DNA of 64,000 nt from an uncultured Candidatus Saccharibacteria bacterium (GCA_964554645.1 CAZKPK010000003.1:4256-68255); one strand, 5' to 3'. Counted from the first letter of the stretch, positions 26,950 to 37,956 are shown. A program made the numbers and translations. The notes: generated by a model from the sequence alone, not told the origin.

Positions 26950-28188
26950 CTAATTACTTAATAATAACTCCACTGCTTTAGCCAATTGCGGATCCCCGCC
27001 TGCATCGCCTTGCGAAGCATTGCGGGCAGGCTTTTTATTTTCTACTACATAATCTGGAGTCAATCCCTTTTCGGAGATAGAAGTTCCATTAGGCGTGAGC
27101 CATTTAGCGACTGTAATTTTTAAAAGAGTATCCGGGGTGACTTTTATTGCCTCCTGCACAGAACCTTTGCCGAAACTTTGGCTGCCTACGATTTTTGCCC
27201 GTCCGTGGTCTTGCATCGCGCCAGCCACAATTTCCGATGCTGAAGCAGATCCGCCATCTATTAGAATAACAAATTTCAATTTGTCATTAAACACATTGTA
27301 ACCCTTGCTTCTGAATATTTCCGTTTTTTTGTCATCCCCGTAATCTTCCGTTACAACGGTTTTCCCATTTGGCAAAAACCAACTTGATATATCTATGGCC
27401 GAATCCAAATATCCGCCGGGATTTCCCCGCAAATCCAAGAGTAATTTTTCTGTTCCAGATTCTGCAAAACTTCTAATTGCATTGCGGAAAAGACCTGATG
27501 AGTTAGCAGAAAAACTATAAAGCTTTATTACAAAAATACCATCCGACCGGAGCTCTGTATCAAGAGTCGGTATATTGATGATATCGCGCACTATTTTTAT
27601 TTCTATTGGTTCCTTATCCCCTTCGCGAAAAATGGTGAGCGTGACTGTCGTTCCTTTTTCTCCCCTGATCAATTTAATTGCTTTTTCAATATCCAATCCT
27701 GAAGTAACCGTTTTATCAATTTTAAGAATTTTATCGCCCGGCTTGATATTCGCCCTGTAAGCGGGAGTATCTTTAAGCGGAGCAATAACTGTCAGGATCT
27801 TGTCTTTTATGCCAACTTCCATGCCAATTCCCGTGAAATTACCAGCTATTTCTTCCTCAAAAGCCTTGGCGTCGTCTGGATTGAAAAATACGCTGTATGG
27901 GTCATCTAACGAGCTTACAAGACCTGCAATAGCGCCATAAACCCTGTTCTGATCGGTTATTTTGTCAGCCTTCGGATATTTTTCATTGATAGCATTCCAA
28001 ACCTTCCAAAAAGGAGAAAAATCTGTCTCTGTTGCAACTTGCGCTTCTTTATTGGAGAGACCTATAATTTTGTCTATTTCTGGGCGATTGCGATCACCTA
28101 CATATACGCCTCCCAAAAAAGTGAGAAAAAAAAGAACAAGGAGGAAAATGACAGTGGCAATGTGTCTTGTTTTTAAAAAGTTTTGCAT
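26950..28188 (-). CDS. ctpA: C-terminal processing peptidase (S41 family)
   Basis: PDZ domain plus GNPGGYLDSAIDISS and S41 catalytic region. Confidence 0.85.
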   Translation of the reverse strand: MQNFLKTRHIATVIFLLVLFFLTFLGGVYVGDRNRPEIDKIIGLSNKEAQVATETDFSPFWKVWNAINEKYPKADKITDQNRVYGAIAGLVSSLDDPYSVFFNPDDAKAFEEEIAGNFTGIGMEVGIKDKILTVIAPLKDTPAYRANIKPGDKILKIDKTVTSGLDIEKAIKLIRGEKGTTVTLTIFREGDKEPIEIKIVRDIINIPTLDTELRSDGIFVIKLYSFSANSSGLFRNAIRSFAESGTEKLLLDLRGNPGGYLDSAIDISSWFLPNGKTVVTEDYGDDKKTEIFRSKGYNVFNDKLKFVILIDGGSASASEIVAGAMQDHGRAKIVGSQSFGKGSVQEAIKVTPDTLLKITVAKWLTPNGTSISEKGLTPDYVVENKKPARNASQGDAGGDPQLAKAVELLLSN

Positions 28189-28200
28189 TATTAGATATTA

Positions 28201-28425
28201 TTATATTTCTCCTTCGTTAAAAAACTTATTTTCTGAAAAATTATCAAAAGTTTTTTCTTCTTCGATTTCCCGTATTTTAGATTCCTTATACAACACGAAG
28301 CTTATATATATAAGCCCAAATCCGGAAAGAGTGATTAGAATATCCTTCCAGGAATATGGAAAACCCAAGTATGGCAACACTGCCACCCAAACTCCCAGTA
28401 TCAAAAGTATATACGCTTTACGCAT
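28201..28425 (-). CDS. small membrane protein
   Basis: Two hydrophobic helices; lies between PBP2 and ctpA. Confidence 0.3.
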   Translation of the reverse strand: MRKAYILLILGVWVAVLPYLGFPYSWKDILITLSGFGLIYISFVLYKESKIREIEEEKTFDNFSENKFFNEGEI

Positions 28426-28480
28426 AAATATATTATATCAAAAAACTAAGGGCATATGCAAGTTTGTGTCATATTGTAGT

Positions 28481-30283
28481 TTATCTAAAATATTCTGGAG
28501 TATAGATGGACATCCAGTCCAAAAGCTGTCGCATTACGGTAGATGCGTTGACGCTATTAACCGGGGGGCCGGCTTCCATCATGATCGTGAAGGCGTATCT
28601 GGGATTTTCTTCCGGAAAGAAGCCAATAACCCACGAATTAACTTTATTTTTATTTACGCCAAGTTGCGCTGTGCCAGTCTTGGCAGCGACTTTTACATAG
28701 GGCGCATTTAATGTTGCCGCAGTGCCGTAAGTTACCGCTTGCCTCATTCCATCGCGCACAATATCAAAATATTCTTTTTTAATATCTATAACAGAAACTC
28801 GATTTTCTTTTTCCTGGTCATCCAATCCAAAATGCGGAGTTACAAGTCTGCCGTTATTTGCAATTACTGAAACAGCGCGCGCCATTTCCATCGGAGTAAC
28901 CTGAAATCCGTATTGTCCAATGACTGTATGATAAGTGTCTCCAAGGCGCCAAACATCTCCCTTAAAGTTCGCTGTTTTCCACTCCGGACTTGGGATTATA
29001 CCTTTCGTCTCATTTGGCAAATCAATTCCGGTTTTATCTCCAAGTCCGAAAAGTTTCGCATATTTTTCAATATTTACGATTCCCATTCCCTTCTGATCTT
29101 CAAAACCTCCGCCGATAGAGTAAAAATAGATGTCTGAGGATACAGCCAGCGCTTGCGCCATATCTGTCCAGCCATTTGCCCTCCAGTCTGTAAAAATAGT
29201 TTTTTGGTTTTTTAAATAAGGATTTGGAATTGAAATGGAACCGGTTGAGAGGATCTTTTTATCCGGATCGATTACATTTTCTGCCAAAGCGCCTAAAGCT
29301 AAAAATGGTTTTACGATTGAACCCGGAGTGTAAAGCCCCGAAACAGTTTTATCCAGAAAAATTTTTCTTTTATCAGTTATATAGCTATTAATTTTTTTTA
29401 TATCCTTGCCTAGAGATAAAATTTCAGAATCATATTCTGGAAAACTGGTGGAAGTTATAATCTCTCCATTTTGCACGTCCATTATGATTCCCGCTCCGCC
29501 TGCAAATCTATTGCTTTCTGTTAAATTTTTAATGGAAGTGAATAATTTTGTTTGCACTCGCGAATCGATGCTCGTTATTAAATCGCTCCCCTGTTTTGGG
29601 GCATTTATGATATTTTCTGAATGGATAACTCCCTGCGCATTTGTTTCTATTATCTTTGATCCATTCCCCCCCTTTATTTTTTTGTCATATTTTTTTTCTA
29701 ATCCATCGATGCCTTCAAATTCAGTTTGCCAATAATTCCCGGCGCTGTCCTTTGTTGGATAACTCACATAACCCAATATATGCGAGAATCCGGGTGATGC
29801 ATAAGCGCGTGTATACAATATAGATGAATCCAACTTGGTAGTCGGAGCGCCACTTGGCGCTCCGACTACCAAGTTCGCTTCCCCTTCTGTTTTTTCATTC
29901 CAAGCCAATTTTTTTCCATTTCGGTCATAAATTATGCCTCTTTCCGCGAAGATATTTACTTTTTCCAGAATATTTTCTTCACTTCTTTTCCGATAGATGT
30001 CTCCTTTTTGTATTTGAAGATAAGAAAGGCGAATTCCGAATATTAGAATTATAAAAAGAAAAAAAGCGCCGAGAAAATTGATAGTTTTTTTGGGAATTGG
30101 CTTTTCTATCCGCCCTTCAAATTGCTGGCGGTTGAAATTTTGCAAATTTTTTGAATCCAGAAAAATTTCATCCGGCTCCACGAAAGTATTTCTAACTTTA
30201 TTCATCCTAAATTTTTTGAAAATCATCTTTATTTTAGGCGGAATCTTAGTTGTTTCTTTAATAACTCTAAGATTATAAAACAA
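28481..30283 (-). CDS. mrdA: penicillin-binding protein 2 (class B transpeptidase)
   Basis: N-terminal TM anchor and dimerisation domain; SIVKP (SxxK) and KTGTAQ motifs. Confidence 0.85.
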   Translation of the reverse strand: MFYNLRVIKETTKIPPKIKMIFKKFRMNKVRNTFVEPDEIFLDSKNLQNFNRQQFEGRIEKPIPKKTINFLGAFFLFIILIFGIRLSYLQIQKGDIYRKRSEENILEKVNIFAERGIIYDRNGKKLAWNEKTEGEANLVVGAPSGAPTTKLDSSILYTRAYASPGFSHILGYVSYPTKDSAGNYWQTEFEGIDGLEKKYDKKIKGGNGSKIIETNAQGVIHSENIINAPKQGSDLITSIDSRVQTKLFTSIKNLTESNRFAGGAGIIMDVQNGEIITSTSFPEYDSEILSLGKDIKKINSYITDKRKIFLDKTVSGLYTPGSIVKPFLALGALAENVIDPDKKILSTGSISIPNPYLKNQKTIFTDWRANGWTDMAQALAVSSDIYFYSIGGGFEDQKGMGIVNIEKYAKLFGLGDKTGIDLPNETKGIIPSPEWKTANFKGDVWRLGDTYHTVIGQYGFQVTPMEMARAVSVIANNGRLVTPHFGLDDQEKENRVSVIDIKKEYFDIVRDGMRQAVTYGTAATLNAPYVKVAAKTGTAQLGVNKNKVNSWVIGFFPEENPRYAFTIMMEAGPPVNSVNASTVMRQLLDWMSIYTPEYFR

Positions 30284-30495
30284 ATAAATGCCGCTATAAA
30301 AGAAACGAAAACTACATTAAAAAATTTTGGTTCAGGCGTTCCGTAAAGCAAATCTGATAGAAAAAATAGGAAAACAGCCTCCAGAAAAAATGAAAAGTAG
30401 GCCATACCTATCAACGCTAAAACAACTGATACCCAAAAAGGCATGAAAAGCACAGATATGAGCAACAAAATACCAGATATAATTCTAAGTGCCAT
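30229..30495 (-). CDS. small polytopic membrane protein (possibly MreD-like)
   Basis: 88 aa with 3 TM segments, immediately upstream of PBP2. Confidence 0.3.
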   Translation of the reverse strand: MALRIISGILLLISVLFMPFWVSVVLALIGMAYFSFFLEAVFLFFLSDLLYGTPEPKFFNVVFVSFIAAFICFIILELLKKQLRFRLK

Positions 30496-30542
30496 TCTTC
30501 CATATTACACGCTTAATTTTCAAAAAACAAATTTCAGTTTTT

Positions 30543-30584
30543 CCATAATAACATAATAGACACGGCCGTTGTCATAGTGTTATC
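30543..30584. repeat. family A palindrome (copy 3, ..ATAATAGACACGGCCGTTGTCATAGTGTTAT..)
   Basis: Downstream of the purB stop. Confidence 0.65.
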
Positions 30585-30591
30585 TCATAAA

Positions 30592-31965
30592 TTACATACT
30601 AGCGAGCTTGGACGCCAGACCGGTATAATTTTCTGGCGTAATTTTCAATAACTCTCTTTTTATTTTTTCACTGATTTCCAGAGCGCCGATAAATTTATGA
30701 ATTTCAGAAAGGGTAACCTGTTTGCCGCGGGTCAGTTCTTTTAATTTTTCATACGGCATTTTTATGCCCTCTCGCCTAAGAATAGTTTGAATGGCCTCGG
30801 TGATAACTTCCGGATGGGCAAATAAATTTTCTTTTATTTTTAATTCATTTACGCTGATTTTACTCAACCCTTTCAAAAGTGAAACATAAGCTAAATATGA
30901 ATGGCCGAAAGCAGTACCAAACGAGCGTTCTACTGTAGAATCTGAAAGATCTCGCTGAAGTCTAGAGATAGAAAGTTTTCGAGCAAAAAATTCAAACAAT
31001 GCATTTGCGATGCCAAGGTTTCCTTCACTATTTTCAAAATCAATCGGGTTTATTTTATGTGGCATAGTTGAAGAACCTATCTCCCCTTTTTTTGTTTTTT
31101 GTTCGACCCAGCCATCAGAAATATATCTCCACATGTCTTGATTGAAATCTAGAAGAATTGTGTTTATTCTTTTTAATGCGTCGAATATCATCACATAACT
31201 GTCATGGGGCTCTATTTGAGTGGTGATAAGATTCGCTTGTAGTTTTTGTGAGCGATTTTTGTTAAAATTATCAATATATTTTTTACTAAAATTAATCCAG
31301 TCAATATTTGGATAAGCTACAATATGTGCATTATAATTTCCAGTAGCGCCGTTTAATTTTGCTTCTATTTTAATATCCGAAAGATTCTCAAGTTGTTTAT
31401 TTAATCGAGCTACGAAAACTCCCATTTCTTTTCCAAAAGTGGTTGGAGAGGCTGATTGGCCGTGTGTACGTGCGAGCATCGGTAAATTTTTGTATTTTTT
31501 TGCCAGAGCGTCTAATTCTTCTGATATTTTAGAAATTGTGGGCACTATCTCATATTCTAAAGCATCAGACAATATGAGCGCGTAGGCAATATTGTTTGTG
31601 TCCTCTGATGTCAATCCAAAATGAATCCATTCAATACTATCTTTTAGAGATGTTTTTGAAAGTTTTTCTTTTAAAAAATATTCAACCGCTTTAACATCAT
31701 GATTTGTAACTGCCTCGGTCTTTTTTATTTCTTCATAAGAAACATCATCAAATTTTTCACATAAATTTTTGATTATTTTTATTTCATTTGCTGTAAATTT
31801 ACACAGAGCTGTTTTTCCTAAAGTCGATAATGCAATCAGATATTCCCCTTCCATCATCACTCTATATTTCATCAAAGCTTGCTCGGAAAAATAAGGCGCC
31901 AAGGTGCGAGTCTTTTCAAAATATCTTCCGTCTAATGGATTTATGGCGTTAGTTATCATGGTCAT
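30592..31965 (-). CDS. purB: adenylosuccinate lyase
   Basis: NPLDGRY start and fumarate-lyase signature region; typical 457-aa length. Confidence 0.9.
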   Translation of the reverse strand: MTMITNAINPLDGRYFEKTRTLAPYFSEQALMKYRVMMEGEYLIALSTLGKTALCKFTANEIKIIKNLCEKFDDVSYEEIKKTEAVTNHDVKAVEYFLKEKLSKTSLKDSIEWIHFGLTSEDTNNIAYALILSDALEYEIVPTISKISEELDALAKKYKNLPMLARTHGQSASPTTFGKEMGVFVARLNKQLENLSDIKIEAKLNGATGNYNAHIVAYPNIDWINFSKKYIDNFNKNRSQKLQANLITTQIEPHDSYVMIFDALKRINTILLDFNQDMWRYISDGWVEQKTKKGEIGSSTMPHKINPIDFENSEGNLGIANALFEFFARKLSISRLQRDLSDSTVERSFGTAFGHSYLAYVSLLKGLSKISVNELKIKENLFAHPEVITEAIQTILRREGIKMPYEKLKELTRGKQVTLSEIHKFIGALEISEKIKRELLKITPENYTGLASKLASM

Positions 31966-32012
31966 ATATTATCATCACAACCCTGAGTTTGTGAATGGGT
32001 CACTTTTTTATT

Positions 32013-33254
32013 TTAAATTACTGATCGTTTCCAATTATTTAATATAATTAAACCAATGATAACAAATATAGTCATAGCACCTACGGCGACACGATAAGCA
32101 ATGATTCGGGTGTCCATAGCCCAAATTATTCCTCCCCAAGTCAGTGGTCCAACTAAAGTTGCAAAACGTTCGGCTATTGTATAAAAAGAAAATCCATATC
32201 CCATATCCTTTTTTGGTAAGACAAGAGTCAAGTATGCGCGAGTAACCGTCCATACAGAACCCACAAGTAACCCAATAAGAGGTGTTAATATGGACACTGT
32301 GAGAAAATTGGGCGCCAGTGCTAGTAAAGGAAGGGCAACAATCCAACCCAACAAAATAAATTTTAAAGTCTTCAATGCGCCTATTTTGTCTCCCAACCAA
32401 CCAGCAATAATACTTCCAATGGCAGACATTATTAAAATTACAAGAAGTAAAATTGATTTAGCATTGTCTGGGGTCTGAAAAACCCTTTCTAGATAAATTG
32501 AATAGTTGTTGCTAACAGTCAATAATGCATCATTAAAAAAGAAGAAAGCAATTAGCATGGGAGTAGCGGCTGAAGCTGTAAAAAATATAATCATTTTTTT
32601 AATTGAAGTTCTTATTTCATTTTGAATTAAAGAAGATCTGATTTGTTCAACATATTTTTTTGATTCTTTAAAAAATATCATCATGGGAAGCGCAAGAATA
32701 AAGAAGACCGGTACAGATATCAGTAAAGGTGTAATACGAGAACCGGCAAATGGAAGTGTAATCAAAATACCCACCACAAAACCCAAAGAGCTTAAAAAAT
32801 TTCCGATTCCTGAAACTCGAGATTTATTGGTTTCATCTGTAATATCGTCTAACATTGGATTATAAAAAACAAAAGAAAGCTGATAAAAATATTGTCCAAT
32901 TAGAAAGAAAAGAGCGATCAATAAAATATTACTCTCCATCTTTGCCAAAATAGCAACTAGCCCATAGGACAGAAAAGTGCCAATTGTGGCAATATTTAGC
33001 CAATATTTTCTACCGCCACGTAAATCAGTTCGAGTTGCTAATATTGGAGCTGTAAACAAAAGAATAATCGTAGTTATTGCAAAAATCGCATTATACCAAA
33101 AGTCTGACAATCCACCATCGACTACAATCCAGACCGCAAAATAAAGGATGAAGTTTATATAAACAATAGAATTTGCAAAATCATAAAGTGACCAAAAGAA
33201 TAGTTGTTTTTTATTCATATACATAATTCTATCATAAAATAAATGCTGTATCAA
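32013..33254 (-). CDS. polytopic transporter, probably MFS
   Basis: About 12 TM helices, two-fold repeat. Confidence 0.5.
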   Translation of the reverse strand: MIQHLFYDRIMYMNKKQLFFWSLYDFANSIVYINFILYFAVWIVVDGGLSDFWYNAIFAITTIILLFTAPILATRTDLRGGRKYWLNIATIGTFLSYGLVAILAKMESNILLIALFFLIGQYFYQLSFVFYNPMLDDITDETNKSRVSGIGNFLSSLGFVVGILITLPFAGSRITPLLISVPVFFILALPMMIFFKESKKYVEQIRSSLIQNEIRTSIKKMIIFFTASAATPMLIAFFFFNDALLTVSNNYSIYLERVFQTPDNAKSILLLVILIMSAIGSIIAGWLGDKIGALKTLKFILLGWIVALPLLALAPNFLTVSILTPLIGLLVGSVWTVTRAYLTLVLPKKDMGYGFSFYTIAERFATLVGPLTWGGIIWAMDTRIIAYRVAVGAMTIFVIIGLIILNNWKRSVI

Positions 33255-33313
33255 AAAAACAAAATGTTTTCTAATGACACATTATGCGATAGCAAAATTT
33301 GTCGCTACTGTTA

Positions 33314-34282
33314 TTAGATTGCGTATTTTTTTAGATTATTTTTGATTCTTTTTTCAATATTTCCGGTTTCGGCTACAAAAGGGATTCCGGTAATTTGCTC
33401 ATATATTTGTATATATCGGCGGGATAATTCCGCAATCATTTCCGGCGGAGCCGGAGGCATCACTTTGTCTTTATATGGATCAGAATGTTCTTTGAACCAT
33501 AAACGTAGAAATTCTTTGTCAAAATTTTCCGGCTCTAAGCCTTTATTTATTCTATCTTGATACGAATTCGCTTGCCAATATCTGGAAGAATCGGGCGTAT
33601 GAATCTCGTCTATCAGCACCACCTCTCCATTTTTCGCGAGTCCAAATTCATATTTTGTATCCACTAAAATCAATCCTTTCTTTAAAGCGATTTCCTGTCC
33701 ACGGGCAAAAAGTTTCAAAGCTGCGCTGGAAACTTTTTGCCAAACTTCCGGCGTCATTATTTTTTCCTCTAAAATAATTTTACTAGTCAGTGGTCTGTCG
33801 TGGGCTTCAAATTTTGTGGTAGGTGTAAGGACTGGCTTGTTTAGTTTTTGATTTTTATGCATGCCGTCGGGCAGAGTAAAATCTCCAAAATTTCTTTCTC
33901 CTTTTTGATACAAGGTCCAAAGAGAAGTTCCGGTTACTCCAGTAATATAACCTCGCGCCACCATTTCTACGGGAATTACCGCGCATTTCTTACCCACTAC
34001 CACATTCGGATCGGGAAAATCTAGAGCATGATTTTTCACGATATCTTTGGTGTTTTCAAACCAAAACTTGCTGATTTGCGTCAGCACTTGCCCTTTGCCA
34101 GGTATTAATGCTAAATTGCGATCAAAAGCCGAGTATCGGTCTGTGGAAATCAGAATGATTTTATCACCTTGGCTATAAACATCTCTGACTTTGCCAGTAT
34201 ATTTTTCTCCTAGGTTCAAATTTTTTCCGCCCGAGGCGGATCCGCCTTTGGCGGAGAAATTTGTTTTTTCAAGTATATTCAT
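33314..34282 (-). CDS. purC: SAICAR synthetase; the called N-terminus likely over-extends into a family D repeat
   Basis: KVRDVYSQGDKIILISTDRYSAFD... SAICAR synthetase core. The true start is probably the TTG near 34206 (MNLGEKYTGKVRDVY); the upstream AKGGSASGGK is repeat-encoded. Confidence 0.85.
   Translation of the reverse strand: MNILEKTNFSAKGGSASGGKNLNLGEKYTGKVRDVYSQGDKIILISTDRYSAFDRNLALIPGKGQVLTQISKFWFENTKDIVKNHALDFPDPNVVVGKKCAVIPVEMVARGYITGVTGTSLWTLYQKGERNFGDFTLPDGMHKNQKLNKPVLTPTTKFEAHDRPLTSKIILEEKIMTPEVWQKVSSAALKLFARGQEIALKKGLILVDTKYEFGLAKNGEVVLIDEIHTPDSSRYWQANSYQDRINKGLEPENFDKEFLRLWFKEHSDPYKDKVMPPAPPEMIAELSRRYIQIYEQITGIPFVAETGNIEKRIKNNLKKYAI
34221..34258. repeat. family D GC-rich palindrome TTTTCCGCCCGAGGCGGATCCGCCTTTGGCGGAGAAA
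   Basis: Lies between purM and the purC core. Confidence 0.75.
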
Positions 34283-34313
34283 TTCATTTTATTAAAATTT
34301 TAATTAATAATAA

Positions 34314-35435
34314 TTATTTTCCCGGAGGTGTAAGAATTATTTTTTCCGGTTCAAAAATAACTTGCCGTTTGCCTTTTTCCACCATGCCAATATCCGCAAG
34401 CTCATATCCGATATTTTTACCTATTTTTAATATTTTAGCAATCTCTTCTTTCGGAGCAAAAATATAGTAACCCACTCCCCAGTTAAAAGTTTTTAAACAA
34501 TCCTGAATCGCGATGCCTATGTCTTTATGGAAATATTCCATTAAAAGAGGAATTTTTAACCAGGAATGAATTCTATAAGTGAATGGTCGTTTGTCAAAAG
34601 CGATTTTACCAAGGCCATCGCCTGTGCCGGGCAGAAGCGCATGAATTTTAATTTTTGCTTTCAGTAATGCTTCAACAAGCGCAACATATGAGCGGGTGGG
34701 AATAAGCGCTTCATCACCTAAAGTATTTCCATTGGAAAGTTTTGTTAAAAATTGCCGAGGCAGTTCTAGAGTCTTTTTTATCACTAAACTAATACCGTTC
34801 GCATGAAGACCCGATGATGCAATTCCGACAATATGATCACCAACAGTCAAATTTCGACCAGTAATCAAATTTTCTTTTGGCGCTACTATGCCAATGACCG
34901 AACCGCTCAAACTGGCTATTTCTCGGACTGGACTTTTTGGATTAATTAAATAAGTGACGCTGGCGGACTCTCCGGCTGGCAAGGCCATACCGACTTCTTT
35001 ACAAATTTTTAAAAATCCCCTAGCAAAATCCCCCGCTCTTTTTTTGTCTGCATACCATGCGCTTCCGCTTGCTTCTAATTGGTCGGTAAAAACTACCGGC
35101 AGAGCCCCTTGCGCGATAACATCATTTACCACAATTAATGCCGTATCGATGGCGATAGAATCGTGGTAAGATTTTCCAGTCTTTTGATACATCCATTCCG
35201 CGATCCAATTTTTATTTCCGAGGTCCTCTTGCGTCTGACACCAAATAGGAGTTCCCTTCCCCCGATATTCAAACACCGCTCCGTGCGCGTGTGTGGCATT
35301 CTCGTTGATGAATACTCCCCTTTTATTTGGGAATTTTAGTGTTTTTTTACCAGCTTTAATCATGGTCATTTTAAATGGTTCCATGACCGTATAATCTACC
35401 CCTGCTTTGGCGTATTCGCTTTTTTTATTACTCAT
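34314..35435 (-). CDS. purM: AIR synthetase (PurM family)
   Basis: AKAGVDYTVMEP N-terminus and PurM N/C domains; somewhat longer than typical. Confidence 0.75.
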   Translation of the reverse strand: MSNKKSEYAKAGVDYTVMEPFKMTMIKAGKKTLKFPNKRGVFINENATHAHGAVFEYRGKGTPIWCQTQEDLGNKNWIAEWMYQKTGKSYHDSIAIDTALIVVNDVIAQGALPVVFTDQLEASGSAWYADKKRAGDFARGFLKICKEVGMALPAGESASVTYLINPKSPVREIASLSGSVIGIVAPKENLITGRNLTVGDHIVGIASSGLHANGISLVIKKTLELPRQFLTKLSNGNTLGDEALIPTRSYVALVEALLKAKIKIHALLPGTGDGLGKIAFDKRPFTYRIHSWLKIPLLMEYFHKDIGIAIQDCLKTFNWGVGYYIFAPKEEIAKILKIGKNIGYELADIGMVEKGKRQVIFEPEKIILTPPGK

Positions 35436-35956
35436 TATTTATTCTGCAAATATTTTTTAAATCCAATTTTCAAAAGTTTCTCGCCTTTTATTTTTATTTC
35501 TTCGCTCATTTTTTGTTTATACGCAATCATTTTATTTTCTAAATTTTTATCGCTTGTCGCCAATATTTGCGCAGCTAAAAGTCCGGCGTTTTTTCCGGCG
35601 TTTATTCCAACAGTGGCGACTGGCACTCCGGGAGGCATTTGAACAGTAGAAAGCAGAGAATCAAGTCCATCCAAAGTTTTTGCCTTAACTGGAACACCAA
35701 TAACTGGCAGAGTTGTCAAGGATGCTATGACACCCGCTAAATGCGCCGCGCCTCCGGCGCCGGCAATGATAATTTTAATCCCTCGATTTTTTGCGTTGGT
35801 TGCATATTTATGCGTAATTTCCGGTGCGCGATGCGCCGAAGCGACCGTCATTTCATAAGGTATGTCAAATTCTTCAAGCACTTTTGCTGATTCAGACATT
35901 ATTTCTAAATCTGTATCTGAGCCCATAACTATGCCAACTTGAAGATTTTTTGTCAT
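35435..35956 (-). CDS. purE: N5-CAIR mutase / AIR carboxylase catalytic subunit
   Basis: VGIVMGSDTDLEIM...SAHRAPE...IIIAGAGGAAHLAG is canonical PurE. Confidence 0.9.
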   Translation of the reverse strand: MTKNLQVGIVMGSDTDLEIMSESAKVLEEFDIPYEMTVASAHRAPEITHKYATNAKNRGIKIIIAGAGGAAHLAGVIASLTTLPVIGVPVKAKTLDGLDSLLSTVQMPPGVPVATVGINAGKNAGLLAAQILATSDKNLENKMIAYKQKMSEEIKIKGEKLLKIGFKKYLQNK

Positions 35957-35980
35957 GGGTTTATCTTATCATTATTATGG

Positions 35981-36016
35981 AAAATAAAAAAGGGACCGAA
36001 GAATTTTCGTCGGTCC
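35981..36016 (-). terminator. hairpin GGACCGACG-loop-CTTCGGTCC followed by a T-run (minus strand)
   Basis: Lies between purH and purE. Confidence 0.55.
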
Positions 36017-36317
36017 TTGCTAGGTCGATAGTTTTTGTTCATCCGCCTAAAGAACAATCAATCTCACCTTCCGGAAAATGAAATGGCACCCCCTCCATGT
36101 CCATCAAAGGCGGTGCCTTCTTGTAAGGAGGTTTCGTAGATTCAATTTCGCATTCATGAATTTGAGCTGGCGGTGTTGGAAGTTGCTCGTTTTTTTCTTT
36201 TTGCATATTTTTGCGATTTTCTGACTCCTATTCAAAGAACAACCTAAAAAGTTCAAGGAACAAAAGCCAAGATTAAAATTAACAGAATATCTAAATAAAA
36301 TCAAGTAAATGTATTTT

Positions 36318-36338
36318 GCGTTAGGTCTTGCCTAACGC
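36318..36338. repeat. family B hairpin GCGTTAGGtcttgCCTAACGC (copy 1, just downstream of purH)
   Basis: Identical 21-mer at 44305-44325. Confidence 0.75.
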
Positions 36339-36345
36339 AAGGTTG

Positions 36346-37899
36346 TTAATGCTTAAAATGTCGAAAGCCGGTTGTGACCATGGCAATTTTATATTTATTC
36401 GCCATGTCTATTGATGCTTGGTCATTTTTTGATCCGCCGGGCTGGATAATCGCGCTGATGCCGTTCTTACCGGCCAGTTCTACACAATCCGGGAAAGGAA
36501 AAAATGCTTCAGAAGAAAGCGCCGCGCCTTTGAGGGAGAATTTGAATTTTTTTGCTTTGTCAATCGCTTGTTTCAAAGCGTCGATGCGCGATGTCTGTCC
36601 GCAACCCATAGAAATGAGCGCGCCATTTTTTACCAGAGCGACCGAATTTGATTTAAGATGTTTTGTCGCTACTGAGGCTATCAGCATATCTCCTACTTCT
36701 TTTTTTGTTGGCTTTCTTTTGGTAACTGTCGTGAGGTCAGATTCTTTTTCTATTTGCGTGTCGCGATCTTGTGTGAGAATTCCAGTAAAGCAAGTCCGGA
36801 TTTGTTTTTTAGGAAGAGCTGGGTTCTTCCATTTCAAAATTCGGCAATTTTTTTTCTCCTTGAATATTTCCAAAGCTTTTTCTGTAAAATCCGGAGCGAT
36901 AATTACTTCCACAAATAGATTTTGTTTTTTTACAAGCTTGGCAATATCTTCGCCAATAGTCCTATTAGTAGCAAGTATTCCGCCAAACGCCGAAAGCGGG
37001 TCAGCTTTGTAAGCAGATTTATAGGCTTCCAGAAGTTGACTTTCTTTTTTACACACAGCTAAACCGCAGGCATTCAGATGCTTGATGATAGCGAAAGCAG
37101 GCTCCTTAAAATCATAAACAATCATAATGGCTGATTCCGTGTCTATGAGATTATTGTAAGAAAGCTCTTTGCCGTGGAGTTGGACGAAATTTTCCCCTAG
37201 ATTGCCTATAAATTCCCCTTTCTGATGCGGATTTTCTCCGTAGCGTAGCGCGGTGTTACTGTCAAAGGGCACCTTTGACACACTTTGAAAATATCCGCGA
37301 ATGGCAGTGTCGTAAGCGCTAGTTATTTCAAAAGCGTTGCCGGCAAATTTTTTTCTTTCTTCTAATGTGGTTTCGTTACCATTTTTCAATATTGAGCAGA
37401 ACTCCTGATATTGGTGTTTTGAAGGAATGATAACCACATCGTTAAAATTTTTTGCTGCCGCGCGGATAAGCGCTACTCCGCCAATATCAATTTTTTCAAT
37501 GATTTCTTCCTTCGCCTCGCCGGAGCTTTGTGCGAAGGTAGGTTCTTTTGTATATTTTGCCAGCGTTTCTTCAAATGGATAAAGATCCACAATCACCAGA
37601 TCAATGTTTGCTATTTTATATTTAATTTTTTCTTTTTGATCTTCGCTATTATCCCGCCGATTTAAAATACCGCCAAAAATCTGCGGTTGAAGCGTTTTTA
37701 CTCTCCCGCCGAAAATTGCGGGGAAATTAGTGACAGTCTCCACTTCGGTTACAGGAATTTTCAGTTTGCGGATAAATTCCGCCGTGCCGCCGGTAGAAAT
37801 AATTTTTACGTTATGTTTAGCCAGAAGCCTGACAATTTCATCAAGTCCCTCTTTATTAAAAACCGAAATAAGCGCGCTAGAAATTTTCTTCGAATTCAT
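36346..37899 (-). CDS. purH: AICAR transformylase / IMP cyclohydrolase
   Basis: ALISVFNKEGLDEIVRLLAKHNVKIISTGGTA MGS domain plus AICARFT region. Confidence 0.9.
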   Translation of the reverse strand: MNSKKISSALISVFNKEGLDEIVRLLAKHNVKIISTGGTAEFIRKLKIPVTEVETVTNFPAIFGGRVKTLQPQIFGGILNRRDNSEDQKEKIKYKIANIDLVIVDLYPFEETLAKYTKEPTFAQSSGEAKEEIIEKIDIGGVALIRAAAKNFNDVVIIPSKHQYQEFCSILKNGNETTLEERKKFAGNAFEITSAYDTAIRGYFQSVSKVPFDSNTALRYGENPHQKGEFIGNLGENFVQLHGKELSYNNLIDTESAIMIVYDFKEPAFAIIKHLNACGLAVCKKESQLLEAYKSAYKADPLSAFGGILATNRTIGEDIAKLVKKQNLFVEVIIAPDFTEKALEIFKEKKNCRILKWKNPALPKKQIRTCFTGILTQDRDTQIEKESDLTTVTKRKPTKKEVGDMLIASVATKHLKSNSVALVKNGALISMGCGQTSRIDALKQAIDKAKKFKFSLKGAALSSEAFFPFPDCVELAGKNGISAIIQPGGSKNDQASIDMANKYKIAMVTTGFRHFKH

Positions 37900-37956
37900 T
37901 ATGCTGAAATACTACCATAATTAAATTTTTACTCAAATTAAAAAAAATAATACTAG

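Noticed and set aside
36104-36304. 66-aa ORF between purE and purH
   Set aside because: Low-complexity translation; the region is occupied by a family B hairpin and a terminator, so the ORF is most likely spurious.
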